This document shows positions 1 to 23,282 of a stretch of DNA of 64,000 nucleotides, in pieces (positions within the stretch are counted from its first letter, which is position 1; every line of letters starts with the position of its first letter). A program made the translations under genes and the position numbers. The notes below the pieces were generated by a model, which was given only the letters and a program-made list of their open reading frames with translations, did no database searches and had not been told where the DNA came from. This DNA comes from the human T2T-CHM13v2.0 reference genome, Homo sapiens: assembly GCF_009914755.1 (NCBI RefSeq), contig NC_060941.1; one strand, written 5' to 3'.

Positions 1-539
1 ACGATTGTCTCTGGTGGTGAGGTTAAAGATGATTTTAAATTTGCTTCTTTGAGCCTTCTTTTATTTTCCAAATATGTTTGTAGTAAGCATATATTATTCT
101 TGAAATAAGAAAAAATAACATATATATTTTAACAGACATGTGCTAAAGATGAATTAAGTGGCATAAATCCCAGGGATGCAAAACAACAGTGCAAATCTAG
201 AAGAGAAAGGAAAGACTCAAGGATGGTTTAGGTTTCAAGGGAAGTTTTAAAAGACAACAAAACGAGTCCTGAATCAGCCAGCATTCTTAGTTGCACGCAA
301 CAGAAACTAACTGGCTGATTTCAGCAGCAAGGGAATCTATTTAGAGAGTACAGGGGTAGCTCACAGAATTGCCAGGAGGGCTGGAGGACCCATGTCAACA
401 GCTACCCAGCCAGAAACAATGCCCCAAATCCCACCACAGAACTGACCCAGCTTCCACCACTGACACTGGGTACAGCAGCAACTCTGCTGTCCTGGGAGCC
501 TGGTCTTGCCCCTGCCACAATCGTCACCAGAGATGTTAC

Positions 540-715
540 TCTACTGAAAGGGTATTCCTCCACTCAGCAGCCTCAGCATCACCTGGAAGAGTCTTAGACA
601 TGCGCATTCTCACGCCCCTTCCCTGACCTACTGAATCAGACTCTGGGGTGGGACCTAGCAACCTGCACTTCAACAAGACTTTAAGGTGATTGCAAAGGGC
701 ACCCAGGCTGGAAAG
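540..715. mobile_element. MER5A-like hAT-Charlie DNA transposon
   Basis: cagcatcacctgg...gacctactgaatcagactctggggtgggacctagcaacctgcac signature. Confidence 0.7.
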
Positions 716-775
716 GCACTGCTTCATAATCACTGATGATTCTTTGCATCATCAGTTATCACTTTGCATCATTCA

Positions 776-1100
<325 letters not shown>

Positions 1101-1438
1101 ATACAAATACCAAAGAACAAAACAAAACAAAAAACACAAAGTCCAAGAGGAATGTGTCTTGATTGACAGATCCTAAGTCATGTGTCTTACCGCCTTGGGG
1201 CAAGAGAGGCTGGGAAAGATTATCAACAGTGAAAAGCTTCCACAGTGAGAGGCAGGCACTGCTTTACCGGGACTTATGGGAATGAGGATTCTCAAGACAT
1301 ACAGATCGAGTTGAGATGCTGATCCACAAAAAGGAATGACTAGTGGGTCATAGGAATGACAATTCCAGGGTATGGAGCAATTAAAGAGGCAAAGGGTTTT
1401 GGCCAAATCAATTCAACAACTATTTCCAGACTGATTAA

Positions 1439-1808
<370 letters not shown>

Positions 1809-2159
1809 TAGAAGACTATCTTTTTTACACCAAGGTAGTGAAGGATTTCGTAAATCAGCTTCAAAGAGCATACACTATAAAGGAAAAAACCTGGTAATTT
1901 TGATTACCTTAAACATTAAATCTTTATTATGTTAAAAACCACCATAAATAAAGTAAAAAGACAAGCCAAAGGTTGGGAGAATATACTTGTGTCCCTTATA
2001 GCTAACAAAAGATTAGTGTCTCGAATATTTATTAAAATTCTATAAATTAATAAGAAGGAGAAAAACAACCCAATACAAAAAGTCTGAAGATGTTGTTTTA
2101 GTTATTTGTTGCTGCATACAAAATTACCCCAAAACTTAAGCATCTGTCTCTCTCTTTTT

Positions 2160-2457
2160 TCTTTTTTGGAGACAAGATCTTGTTCTGTTGCCCAGGCTGG
2201 AATGAAGTGGCATGATCAAATCTCACTGCAGCCTTGACCTCCTGGGCTCAAGTGATCCTCCTACCACAGTCTCTCGAGTAGCTGGGACCACAGGTGCATG
2301 CAACCACGCCTGGCTAATTTAAAAAGAATTTTTATTTTTTAGAGATGGGATCTCACTATGTTGGCCAGGCTAGTCTTAAACTCCTGAGCTCAAGTGATCC
2401 ATCTGCCTTGGTCTCCTAAACTGCTTGGGCTATAGGCATGAACCACCGTGCCCAGCC
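2160..2457 (-). mobile_element. Alu (J-type)
   Basis: Reverse Alu consensus, diverged. Confidence 0.85.
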
Positions 2458-3002
2458 AAAATACAACATCTTTAAACAATTATTTGTTATCTCACAGTAG
2501 TTCAGAAATTTGGCAGTACCTTATCTGGGTAGCTCTAGTGTCTCTCAAGAGGTTGTTACCCAAGCTGTCACTGGGTCTGTGAGTCACCTTTATTTGCATT
2601 ATTCACAGTATTACACTTATCTTAAAATCAATTATTGCTATAGGATAAGGGCAGCTGGGTTGACAAGATCTCCTGTGAAAATTCTAGGAGTCTTAGCCTT
2701 TTATAACCTGTTGATGGGAGTTTAAATTGGTTTCTGGAGGGTAATTTGGTATAAATACAATCAAAAGCTTCATAACAAAACACATCTTTTGACCTAGCAA
2801 GTCTATCTCTCAGTTATTAAGAAATCATCAGACAAATATATGTAAAAATATGTATAGAATGTTTATCCAAACATTGTTTATAGTAGCAAAAATGAAATAA
2901 AGCATGCAAAACCCATAAATAACCCACATGTCTCTCCAGAGGGTGCAAAATATACAACATGCATTGGAATATTATAATTCCAATAGAAAAGACAATATAA
3001 TA

Positions 3003-3412
<410 letters not shown>

Positions 3413-3425
3413 TTAGATTTTCTAA

Positions 3426-3735
<310 letters not shown>

Positions 3736-3849
3736 TAGATTTTCTAATTTTCTACAAAGATTATGTGTTGCTTACATGATGAAGCAGCGATGGATTTAGA
3801 AAAATGAGTTTTAGTTGATAATACATTTCATCTAATCCAGCAATGTAAT

Positions 3850-4230
3850 AATGTTGATGCTAAAAAGTGATCATTTATGACATTAGGAGACTGGAAGAAG
3901 TGATGATCCCATTACACTCTTCATATGCTCCTAATAGGAATCACATTTTAAGGGTTCAGAGGAGAGACCCCAGGATGTTGTTGGATTTGAAAACTATGTT
4001 CTACAAGTAACTGTTGAGAAATCATGATGATTTATGTTTTTAAAAGGAGATAATTAAGGAAAAGTACTCTGTCTTCAAATGTCCCAATGGCAGTCTTATG
4101 AAGACTATTGACAAAGAGCTGCTCTAGCAAAAAGTCCCAGAATAAACTGCTGGAAATCCCGTGGAGGAAGAGTTCATTATGATATAGGAAACAACTTTCT
4201 AACTACTCGGCACTGTTACTATTGCCATTA
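3850..4230 (+). mobile_element. Ancient L3/CR1-like LINE fragment
   Basis: Degenerate CR1 3'-ORF motifs (agggttcagaggagagaccccaggatg, tgtcttcaaat, aggaaacaactttctaac). Confidence 0.45.
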
Positions 4231-4575
4231 TGAGTTAAATATCTTAGGGTTCTTTGGTTGCAAACAATAGAAATAGACTCCAGTTAACATATTCAGGAAA
4301 ACAATTATTCAAGGATAATTTGAATTATTCTATAATTTGGAGCAGCTCATAGAGGGGACTTGGGTTTGGAAAATCACAGAAGCAAAAGACGTCTAGGATT
4401 CCAGATAGAAGGAACAAGTAAATGGGATGTTTCTGTTGGCAAAAATTAGCCCTACTTCTCTTCAAAAGGTCTTGACATAACTGCACCCAACGTCCAAAGT
4501 TAACGGAGTAAGAGTGTGATGAACCTGGCTTGGCCGAGGGAAGGCAGGACTACTTCATTGACAGTCCCTATAAGA

Positions 4576-4865
<290 letters not shown>

Positions 4866-6775
4866 CCTTTAAGATCTCATGTAGTGGGGAAGAGATCATT
4901 TCAGAGAGAGAGCAAAAGTGAATGAGAGAGCTGCTTCTATAAGATGGAGAATGAATTCTGGAGCCAGAAACAACACATGCCAACACATTGCCACTTCACT
5001 CTGCCAGGCCGACCGTTTGCTTCATCACTGAAGGACTTCAGCAGAGGCTGAATGGTCAAGGATTGATAACTCCTTGCCTAGGCTGCTGTGGGGAGATCCC
5101 CATGTTAGACTGGTGGGGATTGTGGGGAAGGAGGTGTAGACTAAATGAGTTCTGTGGTTCCTCAGTAACAGTCAGCCCAATATTCCATCTCTGAGTCATA
5201 CTTAGTGTGTTTTGTGAAAACCAGTGGCAGTTTTCACCCAAGATTAAAGGTGTGCCTCCTAGAACTCCCCAGTGTCCTCTTTAACACCAAATATGGTTCC
5301 AGTACCCATGAATTAAACAAACCTTTCATGAACTCATCTATGTTTTTATACTCTACCTCTTCTGGGTAATGAGATCCATCAGTTTATGAATCCTAGAGAC
5401 CATTATCATGCAAATGAGTCATTCTATTTCTTAGTCCCCCCTCCTCCCCCCAATTCTGCTTCTAACCATTCACAGATGTCCGCTGACTGTCTTTGTTTTG
5501 GGACTTGGTGATCAAGTTTATGTTTGCCCTGGAAACTTTAAACATTTAAAAACATTATCTTGCTGCTCACTCTCTCCAACTCAGGTTTATTAGGCTGTGG
5601 AATGAACTTTCATGGGAAACAGTGAGCAAATGATTATGGAATGGAGTGTTTTCTTTACAAAGGAGAGGTTTTCTTTCCCCTGATTATTGCACCATGTAGT
5701 TAGGACAAAACTTGGGTGCAAGGAAACAATCACAGAATAAGGAGTCAAGAGGGAAAAAGAACCAATATTAAACTCCCACTATGTTCTAGGCATTATGCTG
5801 GGCCCTGGTGTCGTCAGGATTCCTAGTCACAAGCACAGAAAATGACTGAAGCTGATTAAAGCAGAAAAAATCCTCACCCGTTTTAAGGCTATTGGGGTAG
5901 TTCATAGATTTCTCAGGAAGATTGGATAACCAGGTGGAGCAAATAGGCAGGAACAAAATGGTGCTCTACAGTCAGAGAACAGCAAAAATCACGCCACAGA
6001 ACTGGTTCAGTAAAAGAAAAAAAGATAGCACTAGAAACCAAACTGTGCGCTCAGTCCAGACCTCTCAGGCCTGGACACTGGACACTAAGGCTGGCACCAC
6101 TGCCACTCTGGCCATGAAACTGCATGTTACTGTCACTGCTAACACCACCTGGTTCTTCTTTCCTTGCTCCAATTCCCCTCTCCACGCTCATTCAAGGCTG
6201 AGGAGCATGTACATATGATTGACTGAGTCTAGGTGACCTGGCCATGCCTCAGCTTCAAGGGAGGCTGGGAGAGGAGTAGCCAGGGTTTTCCACTTGGAAG
6301 AGGGCTCTGTCTCTCTCAGTTGGACAGCCAAAAAAACCACCAAAATTCCACATTAGCACTTGCCATATTTCCCTAATTCAGCAACCCCATAAGTAGGTAT
6401 TTCCCCTGTTTTATAGATGAGTAAATTAAGGTTTGGTGGGCTGAGTAGTTGGATTAGATCATACAGTGAGTAAGTGACTGAACAATGGCTAAAACTGGTC
6501 TCCTTCCTTATCATTTCATGATGTCTTGTCTATGCCAGGTTCTATGTTCACCCCTCAACATAAGAACCTATGAGCTAAGCATTATTATACTCATTTCACT
6601 AATGAGGAAATGAGAATTTACCCCGGGTTCTCAGCTCATAAGGCATGGAAAACAGGTGGCATAACATGAGTCAGCCCTTTAACCACAGCACTATATTGGC
6701 TCTTCAGGAAAGAGGGATGTTGGGTGAAGCCTCTTTCGCAGTCTTTGTCTGGCAGGCCTTGGGGGGCATGCCAAG

Positions 6776-7433
<658 letters not shown>

Positions 7434-8669
7434 CCAAGTGACCACCCAGACACCTACCTCAGGCAACAGAACACTAAGCACTTTGACACCCAAGCTTGGA
7501 AGCTTTGAGCATTCTCAACTCCTGGCTCTTCCACATCAGATAAGTTGCAAGTTGTTTTTCCCTCTTCGTGCCCACAGCCACATCTCTGGTCTGGGTTTTA
7601 TTACTTTATGCCAGTGATCTGCACTGTCTTCTCAGTTCATCTCCTTGCCTCCTGTCTTCTCCTTGAGTATAGCCATGGCCAATGGCTTTGTCTTGTCCCA
7701 GGACTGTGTGCCTAATGAGACTGGGTGGCGACGGGAGAGTGGTGTCTCCTGGGTGGATGCATCAGAATTTAGTTGTGCCTGGATGTGTTACTGGAATGAC
7801 CATTTTACAACCATCCAAGAATAAGCCAATAGTAAGTGTCGTGAAAGGAGCATGCGTATTAGAGGGGTTGATTATGCTGTGCCTGCAGCCTGCCTCCCCA
7901 TCAACTTCCAGTTAGGTGAGACAATATGCGTTCTTATGGTTTGTGATTGAGTTTCTACTATTTGCAGCAGAGAGCATTGCCACTGCTAGTCATTTAGCTG
8001 AAATACAAATCCAATCATTTTCCTCCTCTGTGGTTTTGTATTGTCTTTGGAATCAAGCTCACATTCCTTAATACAGTTCACAAAGCTCCCGATGGGCTCA
8101 TGGTTTACTGGTCAGGCGTGGTTCTCAGTATCTGCTGTCTACCCTTTTCCCCAAGGAACTTCAGGTCGTCATCAGACAATCCTGCTTCCTTTTCCCCATA
8201 CACACCTGCATATCTATGTTCTTTCTTTCCTAGAACATTCTTTTCCTCCTTCTCCATCTACTATACTTCTACTCATCTTTCAAGTTTAGCTCAACTGACA
8301 ATCCTTCCACAAATTTTTTCCTAATCCCTCCAGGCAGAATTAAGGAATCTCTTAAGCGTTTCTGAGCACTTTGTGTCTGTGTTATGGTGCTTTCTGCAGC
8401 CTCATACACAATCACAGGCCACCTATGTTTCTGCCTCTTTGCTAAAACATGAGCCCCTTAAAGACAACGACTATGTTCCATCCACCTTCTAGCTTAGTGC
8501 CTGTGCCTTGTACCGGACAAAATGATCCTGTAAGTACTAATGAAATGTTCATGAATTCGTTCAGATTGCAGGTAACTTAGCATGTGCTTATTAACTGTTA
8601 TTTATTTTTATTACAAATAAAGCAGTATTATTGTCAGTAATAATGTCTTTAGGATTTTGCAGTTCATGA

Positions 8670-9018
<349 letters not shown>

Positions 9019-9318
9019 CCACAATATCTCTATAACACCAACGTTGTCCCCACTTCCCAGATGAGGAAACTAGGCACCCAGTTAATGTATGTATATTTGT
9101 TGGATGCCTATAATTTGCATAATACTGGGCAAGAAGCCAGCTGTGAAGGAAGCTTGCAAAGAAGTAAAAACCAGAGTCTCCCTTCTCACAGTGTTTACAA
9201 TTTACTTGCGGAGGTAAGAAATCATGCAGAATATTTCCATTAAAAGAGACAAGAGCACTGGAAAATAACAGTGAAGAGATGTTGAAGACAGCAATTTACT
9301 ACATAATAAAAGAACACA

Positions 9319-9662
<344 letters not shown>

Positions 9663-9867
9663 TTAAGATGGAACACTATGGTCTGACAGTGGAGGTCCAT
9701 GAAGAGTCTTCCAAAAGAGAGCCCAGCTTGGATTTTAAGGATTAGTGGGATTTCACAAAATGAAGAAGTGGGCAAGGCATTCCATGTGAAAAGTGAAGTC
9801 TTAACAGGGTGCAACTCCTTCTCTGCTAAGCAAGGAAGAAGATAGGATAGTGAAAGCCCCAAGGAAA

Positions 9868-9995
9868 TGAATGGATATATTTGTGGCATGGATAGATGGA
9901 TAGATGGATGGATAAATGGATGGATGAGTAGATGGATGGATAGATGGGTGGAAAGACAGGTGGATAGGAGGATGAGTAGATGCGTGGATGGATGA
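9868..9995. repeat. (GGAT/AGAT)n tetranucleotide repeat
   Basis: Direct reading. Confidence 0.9.
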
Positions 9996-10553
9996 ACAGA
10001 GGAGTAAATTCACAGCTTGTAGAGGATGGCGCTCATTTTACCAAAATTGTCTCCAAACACAGCAGCATCATGATGAATTGTATTCTCTTTACAGAACAGC
10101 TTGGTTTAACTTGTCCAGATGAAAGAAAGGCATTGTAGAAATCCATAAACACTTGTTGAATTAAAACATTTGAATGTGGTCAGAGCTACAGAGAAATGCC
10201 TGGGCTTAGGATGCAATCAGGCCAGTGTGGCCTTTCGACATTATGTGTGGGTGTGTTTTCTCACAAACACATGTGAAGAGACACAAACAAAACTTTGTCT
10301 GAGGTTTTTATTTTCCTTTTTACTGTGAGATGCCAAACTTCTGTTTTGACTGGATTGTCACTTTCCAACTTTTCATGTGTGGGAGCCCAAAGCCCCATGA
10401 GTTGGCATGAATGAGACACTTTGACTCATAATGATGGTGGAGGCAACTGTTCATGTGACTGGGATAAAAGATGTTATTCAGCTGGTCAGGGAAATGATCA
10501 CACTTGATGGGAAAGTGAACTTTATTCCTCAATCCCATTCTTATATCTCATGA

Positions 10554-10940
<387 letters not shown>

Positions 10941-11612
10941 TAACAACTAATGAGTCACATTAACATAATACTTCTGCCTTACTCCACAATATAACCCATC
11001 ATCTGTGTTCCCTGAATTTCTGGCTGTGTTGCAGAGCCTGCAGCCATGCATCTGAACACAGAGGCTTTTCCTACAGTTGGGAGTTTCCAGCCTAGACTTT
11101 TTCCCAAGACTGGCCTAATTCTGGTCTAACTCACGATGTTTGGACTCAGCCTAAAATGTGCCAATTTTTAAAAGCTTTTAAAAAATTTCCCAGCCTAAGA
11201 TGGCTTGCGCAATCTTCAGCTTGATGTCTTGTGGTTCTCTGTGAGGGCTTTTCTGGCAGACACTGTTTGTTACCTACACAACCCATTTCTGACCCGCTTC
11301 TTTATCTTGCTACCTCTGCTTGTGGAAGGAGGAAATCCAAGTACAGAATTTCCCAATCTCCCTTGGGCTAGATGTGGTCATGTGACCTGACTCAGGCCAG
11401 TGAGAAGAGGAGGTCTACTTGGGGCTTCTGGGAACATGTTTTTTCCTTATGTAGGAGATAAATTGAGATGTTACCTTTCTCTTCTTTTTCCCATCTGGAA
11501 TGCAGAGGTAATGTCTAAAGGTACAGCAGTCACCCTGTGGCCATGATGCTGCAAGTATGTGGAAGGAAAGCCAAAACACTAAGAATGGAAGAGTAGAAAG
11601 GTAAAAAGATGC

Positions 11613-12370
<758 letters not shown>

Positions 12371-12638
12371 ATGTGCCAAGATGACATAGTTGGGCTGCTC
12401 AGGCAAACGGAGACCACTTTCAATAAATGTCCACACGGTTTAAAACTTCGTTGTTGAGTTCTCTGATACTTGCAGCTGAATACATCCTAACTGGTACGGT
12501 CTGCCAGTGTTTGGCTGAAGGATGCTGTGAAGAACAAGGTGAGAATATGGATCTGACTTTGGATAGAGCCAAGTATGGGAAACCAGAAATGGGGGAATGG
12601 GTTGATGAAAGGATTCATCTTGCCGTATTCCTACTTGA

Positions 12639-13304
<666 letters not shown>

Positions 13305-14405
13305 CTTGGCTTAAGTTTTAATGCATTAACTCTCTTTATAGGAAATTCAAGATATTGTTGTGGCAAAGATCCCACATATGCCTATATCAGTAGTAAGTTA
13401 AAAATGATTTACCCCTAGAATAAAGCTCCATAAGGGCATGGATTTTTTGCTGTTTTGTTCAGTTATTTAGCCCCAAATTCCAGAATAGTGCTTAGCACAT
13501 GGTAGATGGTCATTAAATATTTGTTGAATAAGTGAATTATTGAGACTTTGTCTCAAGACGCCCTTAGTTTGAAAGGCAGAAAGTTTGGCAAATGAATATC
13601 TATGATGTTTATAATCTGGCCATATTGCTTTGATTGTGGACTGTACTCTGCTTTGCCTAAAATCCTTTTTAATAATAGTCTTAAGTTTTGTCATGTCAAT
13701 ATATACCTTAAAAATAGTTGAAAAATCACCAGTTTTAGGGAGCAGTTTAGAAAAAAATGACTGTTCCCTTGTGAAATTCCAGCCATGCTTCTGAAAAGAG
13801 GAAGTTCTACTGGACCTTGAGATTAGTCCAGGAAAGGGAGAGTCTAATTTAGGGATATTTTGAGGACAGAGTCCTGAATAGCCCATGTGGATAGCTTCCT
13901 CTGTTTTATTTTAATTGTACGCTCAGTGTAATGTGCTTAGTCTTTACCAGTCTGGTCTGAAAGTACCCTTCCAGCCTTCCTCAGCCTCCCTCTCTGCACT
14001 TCGGTTACGTGCCTGAAAAGCCCTTTCCCACTTCTCATCTAACCGTCTCCAAGTCAGCCCTCAATTCCTAGCTTGGCCTTTCCCAATTCCCCCAGGTGGG
14101 GATCGTTGCTGTAATCCTGGAGATCCTACAGTCTCTCATTCCTGCCTCTCTGTAGAAGCTTGTCAGGCTGCCTCACCTGCTGGAATTACGTGTTTCCCAT
14201 TTCTCCCCTCTAGTACACACTGGATTTGTGGTGAATAATGATGGCCGTAGATCACATTTATAGAAAATTCGGCTCATGCCGGACACAGTTCTAGGTGCTT
14301 TACATGTATTAACTCATTTACTCTTCCCAATAACCCCAAGGTAGATACTACTGAGAACCCCATTTTACAGAAGAGGATTTAACACATTCTGCAAATATTT
14401 ATTGA

Positions 14406-14829
<424 letters not shown>

Positions 14830-17017
14830 TAAACAAATTGATGAATCGATGTTTATAGAAATTGGGCAGGTCTGATACATCAGAAAGGAACTTTTTAGGT
14901 CTGAGGAGTGAGAATGGATCCTCCCACAAGGTGCTACTATTAAAATAACCACAGATAAGGGAGGTTGAAGATGAAAGATTCATACCAGGAAACTTCACAA
15001 AACCCACCAGGCAGAGATCAATGTTAACCATGAAAGGAAGGACAAAAGCAGGAAGAGGCGAACTGAAAGAGCGACAGGGGGTTGGAGAAGCACAAGTCCA
15101 AGGTGCAGGGAGAGAAAAGGGAGGCTCAAGAAAAGCCTTACAACATGGCCATGGCAGAAAGAGGAGCTGATGGTAATGAAAGGGATTCTTACAAGTGCCT
15201 GGAAATAGGCTGGCACTGATCTTACAGGCTGAGGCTTAAAAAGGTTTTGTTCTTCTGTCGGATAAGGAGAGCCATTGTGGTCCCCAGGAAATAAGGAGTT
15301 CTTGGGTGCGTGTATATGTGTGCGACTGAGTGGGGAGGGGGAATTCCTTGCCCCAAATGCAGAATGATTGTCAGTGTCCACTCTATTCCTTGCACCTGCC
15401 TGAGTGGAGGAGCTGCAACTGCCCCCACAGGGACCTGCGTGAGGAAGCCGGGCCTGGGGGTGGGGATCATGGGAGGTAGGCTTGGCCCTGCCTCACGGTA
15501 AATGACTACCTGTGAGCCAGCCTAGCACGCAGGATCTGCAGCTGGGCATGGAGCTCCTGCTTTGGGTCCCCAGAGCCAACGTGGTGGAGGTGTGGATGTG
15601 ACAGGGAGGAAGAAAGAGGACTGACTGCAGCCCCCAATACCTGCCCCAAGAGCCTCTGAGTAGGAGAACGGGTGGCCTCTGGACCACAGCTGCCCTGATG
15701 GAGCCCCTGTGACTCCTAAAGCCGTGTAGATCCTAAGGTCTGACCCAGGTAGCCTCTGGAGAGGGACCAGGGACCCTTTGGGAGGGCTGCAGAGAACACC
15801 AGCCCAGGATTTTCTGCTTTCCTTGCCATCCCTGCTACTAGTGAGGCAGTACAGTGAAGTGCTCCGGAACCCCATCCCCGGGGGAGAGTCTGGCTCTTTC
15901 CCTCTCTACAGTGTGGCTTTGGATAAATTTTAACCCCTGTCTCTGCATCTACAAAATGGGTACAATAGTATCTCCCTTACAGGATTGTAGGGGGGTGAAA
16001 AGCTTAGGAAGGTGTGGAGAGCCGAGTAGGCACTCAATAAACATAAATAGTGGTAGTTATGAGTATTATTTTTGCCTCTGGGGATTGTTTGGTACGTGAA
16101 GGGCACATGCTCTTTGGAATACACCATTTCCCCTTATCCCTGAGTTTCAGGGACAACCACAATTTTTTGGTACAGGATGAAGTCCAGGAGCAAACCTTGA
16201 AGTTCCAGGCCTCTTAGTTGCCACTTCCTTCCTCTTTTGTCCTTAGTGGCAGTAAATAACCCTGGGGTAATAATTGCCAGGAGTTGTGCCTGGAAACAAA
16301 CAAGCTCACTTTGACAGGGCTCTGCAGAAATTAGAATAGCTGAATGACATTAGTTTAGGTGATCTGGGCGTCTGCTGCCCACCTCCTCCCAGTTTGCTCT
16401 TTATTATAGGCAGATATGGTAGTAGTTAGCTGAGCCCCTGACCCCATGACACTCTCGCTGCCTTCTAGATTCTGCTATGCCAGGGCAGCCTCCCCACTCC
16501 TCACTTTTTCTCTGCTCATTGCTCATTTGGGCTCTCCAGGGGAGGCAGGGGCGGGGAGATGATTTGCATAACATCTGAAAATAGAATTTTGGCAGCTTTT
16601 GTCAGATGCCAGGGTTCTTGGGAAGGGCATGGATACTGAAGAGGAAAAAACAAAAGGAAGTATTCTGGGAATTCTGTTTGTTCTTGGCACCAGACAGGAA
16701 TTCTAGTTCACTAAGAAGATTTTTCTCTGCATCCCGAACCCCTTCAGCCCATCCTTCACCTTTCTCTGAACACATTCCTGAACTTTCTGAATGCCTGGGG
16801 CTATTTTGAGTCTGAAGCAAGCCCTTATGGGTCCTGGTGGTTCCCTTGGGTTCACCTCAGGAGAGAGAGAATCTTTACAGAGGAGGTGAGCTCAGAGTGT
16901 GTCTGAATCTTCCGTGGAGTGTGTTGACAGCCAGAGCCTTCTGGGAACCAGGGCATGAGGGATTCCACTAAACCTTGGCTTGGACGTTCTTTCTCACCTG
17001 TATCCTTTGGCCTTGAC

Positions 17018-17600
<583 letters not shown>

Positions 17601-19099
17601 TTGGAAACGGCACCTAGCTGGCCTTGACTTCTGCTACCTAAGGTTATGCTGGGGGAGTCTGACGGAATGCTATTTCTGTGGCTTTGTAGACCACTTCATT
17701 TATTCATTTGTTAATTAATTCATTCACTCATTTATTTATTTTACCCTAAAATAATCACATGAAAAACGTTTTGTGTGTATGTGTTTGCTTGTGTGCACAA
17801 CTGCTTATGGGGAAGGTGTCTACAGCTTTCATGGGGTTGACAAAGGTGTCCCTGACCCCAAAGAGTAAAAAAAAAAACAAAAGCAAACAAAAACAAACAA
17901 AGAAACCCCCACCTGTATGGAGGGGTAAGAAGATTGAATTAGCATTTGTTGAGGCCATTCTGTGCCAGGGGCTATACTAAATTTTTGTGTGTTTTTTTGT
18001 TTGTTTGTTTTGGAGGGAGCGTAACTTTTTTAAATGAAGTAATACAAAAAAATCACTGTAGGAAATTTGAAAAAATAATGAGAATAATATAGAAAAAATT
18101 AATCTGTAATCCAACCACACAAAGAGCTCTTCAGCCATTGTGGATCTGTTATCTTCAAACTGTCTTCCTGTAAAACTGGACACTTCACACTTCTACAACT
18201 CCCTGACATGGTGCTTATTCCTAAGTCATAGAAGACTGTGAGGCTGAAGCCACGCCCCTCACACCAGGAGGCACGCAGCCTTAGCTATCAAGGATAGCTT
18301 TTAGCCGGTGAAGAATACATTTAGCTACCAGAGTAAGGCAAGTTCTAGGATTGAGGAATACAGGACTGAGGTTGACAAAGGAGCAGGAGGGAGTCTTGAA
18401 GGGACTTCTCCAAAAAGGTAATAATTTGGCAGGTCTTGAAGACCCAGCCTGAGTTGTTTAATGGTTATAGTTTCAGTTTTACATGATGAAAAGAGTTCTG
18501 GCGATGGATGATGGGTTATTTCAAATAATGAAAGTTCTGGAAATGGAGTTGGTGGACGGGAAAGAGGGAATTACTGAGATACGGTTTGGGTACACGGGGT
18601 GCCAATGAGGCAGGAACAGGCACTGCATCTCGTCGAAGCTTGATCCCACCTCGAAACTGACACTATTCTGCCACCATGGAATAGCTGTTAATGTATTTTG
18701 GAATTTCTTTTACCAATGTAATTCCCTTCATATATTTATTGCTTCTTCTTCTGGGGATATCAACTTTACATGGTATAAAATTGACTTTGGAATTTGCTCG
18801 GGAAGAAATCTGGCTTGCACTCGCTTTTTTTTTTTTTCTTTTCAATTACGTGATTGTTTTTAGCCCCACTTGTAGCTAGCTTTACCACTCTAAATAATAC
18901 ACTTACCCTCTGCTGCGTGTGTTATCCAACTTTAGATGGTATCAATGAACTTTCCCTTCTGGAGGATGAGAAGATCAGTGCTGTCACTCATCTTTCGCCT
19001 CTCTTCTGCCCCCTCCACCTTAACTCCTGACATCTGTCCACTGGATGCTCAGTTTTAGCCTGTCAGAGTTTATAATATTTATAGTCTGTTCTGTAACTG

Positions 19100-21750
<2,651 letters not shown>

Positions 21751-21863
21751 AATTAAGTTTTCTGTGCCTTGTCTACAGATTGACTCTAAAAAGTGAAGAC
21801 CAACAAAAGACATTAACTATTTTTCATTGTTGAGCCAAGCAGTGTAATCAGAACTGTAGAGAG

Positions 21864-22293
21864 GTATATTTGTTTGTTAGTGTGGTCCTAATGAAGTACC
21901 ACAAGCTGAGTGACTTAAACAAGAGAAATAAATTATTCCACAGTTCTGCAGGCCAGAAGCCCAAGATCAAGATGCTGACAGAGTCATCCTTCTCTAGGGC
22001 AAGGACTAGGGGAGGATCAATTCCAGACCTCTCTCCTAGCTTCTGGCTTTTGGCAGCATAAATGCAATCTTCACATGGCATTCTCCCTATGTGCATGTCT
22101 GTGTCCAAATTTCCCCTTTTTATTAGGACACTAGTCCTATTGGATTAGGGACCACCCCAATGACCCTAATTAACTTAATGTTAACTTAATTACCTCTGTG
22201 AAGAGTCTATCTCTAAATAAGGTCATATTCTGAGGTCCTGAGGATGAGGACTCCAACTTATCCTTTCTGAGGGACACAATTCAACCCATAACA
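21864..22293 (-). mobile_element. MLT1 (MaLR) solo LTR
   Basis: aagtaccacaagctgagtgacttaaacaa...gggacacaattcaacccataaca. Confidence 0.8.
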
Positions 22294-22904
22294 AGAGGAA
22301 ATGTAATCCTATCTCACTAACTCTGTTCCATTTGATGGAAAATTCCCAAGTGTCAAAGTCAAATGGACACTCTTTCTTTACACTCCATCAAAATCATGTC
22401 ATATTTTAGTTTGCTTCATACTTGAATAGAAATGTTCTGGTTCTGATTTTAGTTTCTAATTACATTTCTCTTTCTTTTACATAAATAAACAAATAAAAAA
22501 CTATTAAGTCTCACCTTACCAATAAGTTCATCCGTGTTCTAAACTATATCATTATGACTAAATGTGGGACTCTGACAATCTAGGTTCAAATTCCGGGTCT
22601 GTCAATAGCTCTTTGGGCATGTCAATTAAACTCTATACTTCAGTTTTCCCATATTGTTAGTGGAGTAAGAATGCTGTCTATCTCTTTGGAATGTTGTGAG
22701 GAATGGAATGAGTGTACAAGAATATTTAGAGCAGTACCTGGCACGTAACAAGCACTCTCAACAAATATTCACTATTTACTGTGGCATACTATTTGTTGAA
22801 ATCCAGCTGCTTTATCTTAAAAGAGATGTTCTTCTCAGTGCCCCATGAGTCTTTTTGTAGAGCAAACATTTCTGCCTTGTTCTTCTTTAAGAGTGTCTTA
22901 GCTG

Positions 22905-23206
22905 TTTTTTTTTCTTGCTGTTTTTTTTGAGATAGAGTTTCCTTCTGTTATTCAGGCTGGAGTGCAGTGGTGCAATCTCGGCTCCCTGCAACCTCAGCCT
23001 CCCTGGTTCAAGCAATTCTCGTGCCTCAGCAAGTAGCTGGGATTACAGGCATCCACCACCATGCCTGGCTAATTTTTTGTATTTTTAGTAGAGATGGGGT
23101 TTCGCCATGTTGCCCAGGGTGGTTTTGAACTCCTGGACTTAAGCATTACATCGGCCTCGGCCTCCCAAAGTGTTGGGATTACAGGCATGAGCCACTGCAC
23201 CTTGCC
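22905..23206 (-). mobile_element. Alu
   Basis: Reverse Alu; TSD agtgtcttagct. Confidence 0.9.
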
Positions 23207-23282
23207 AATAGTGTCTTAGCTATTCTTGATCTTTTACATTTCCTTATAAAATCTGGAATTATCTTGTTAAGCTCTGTCAATG

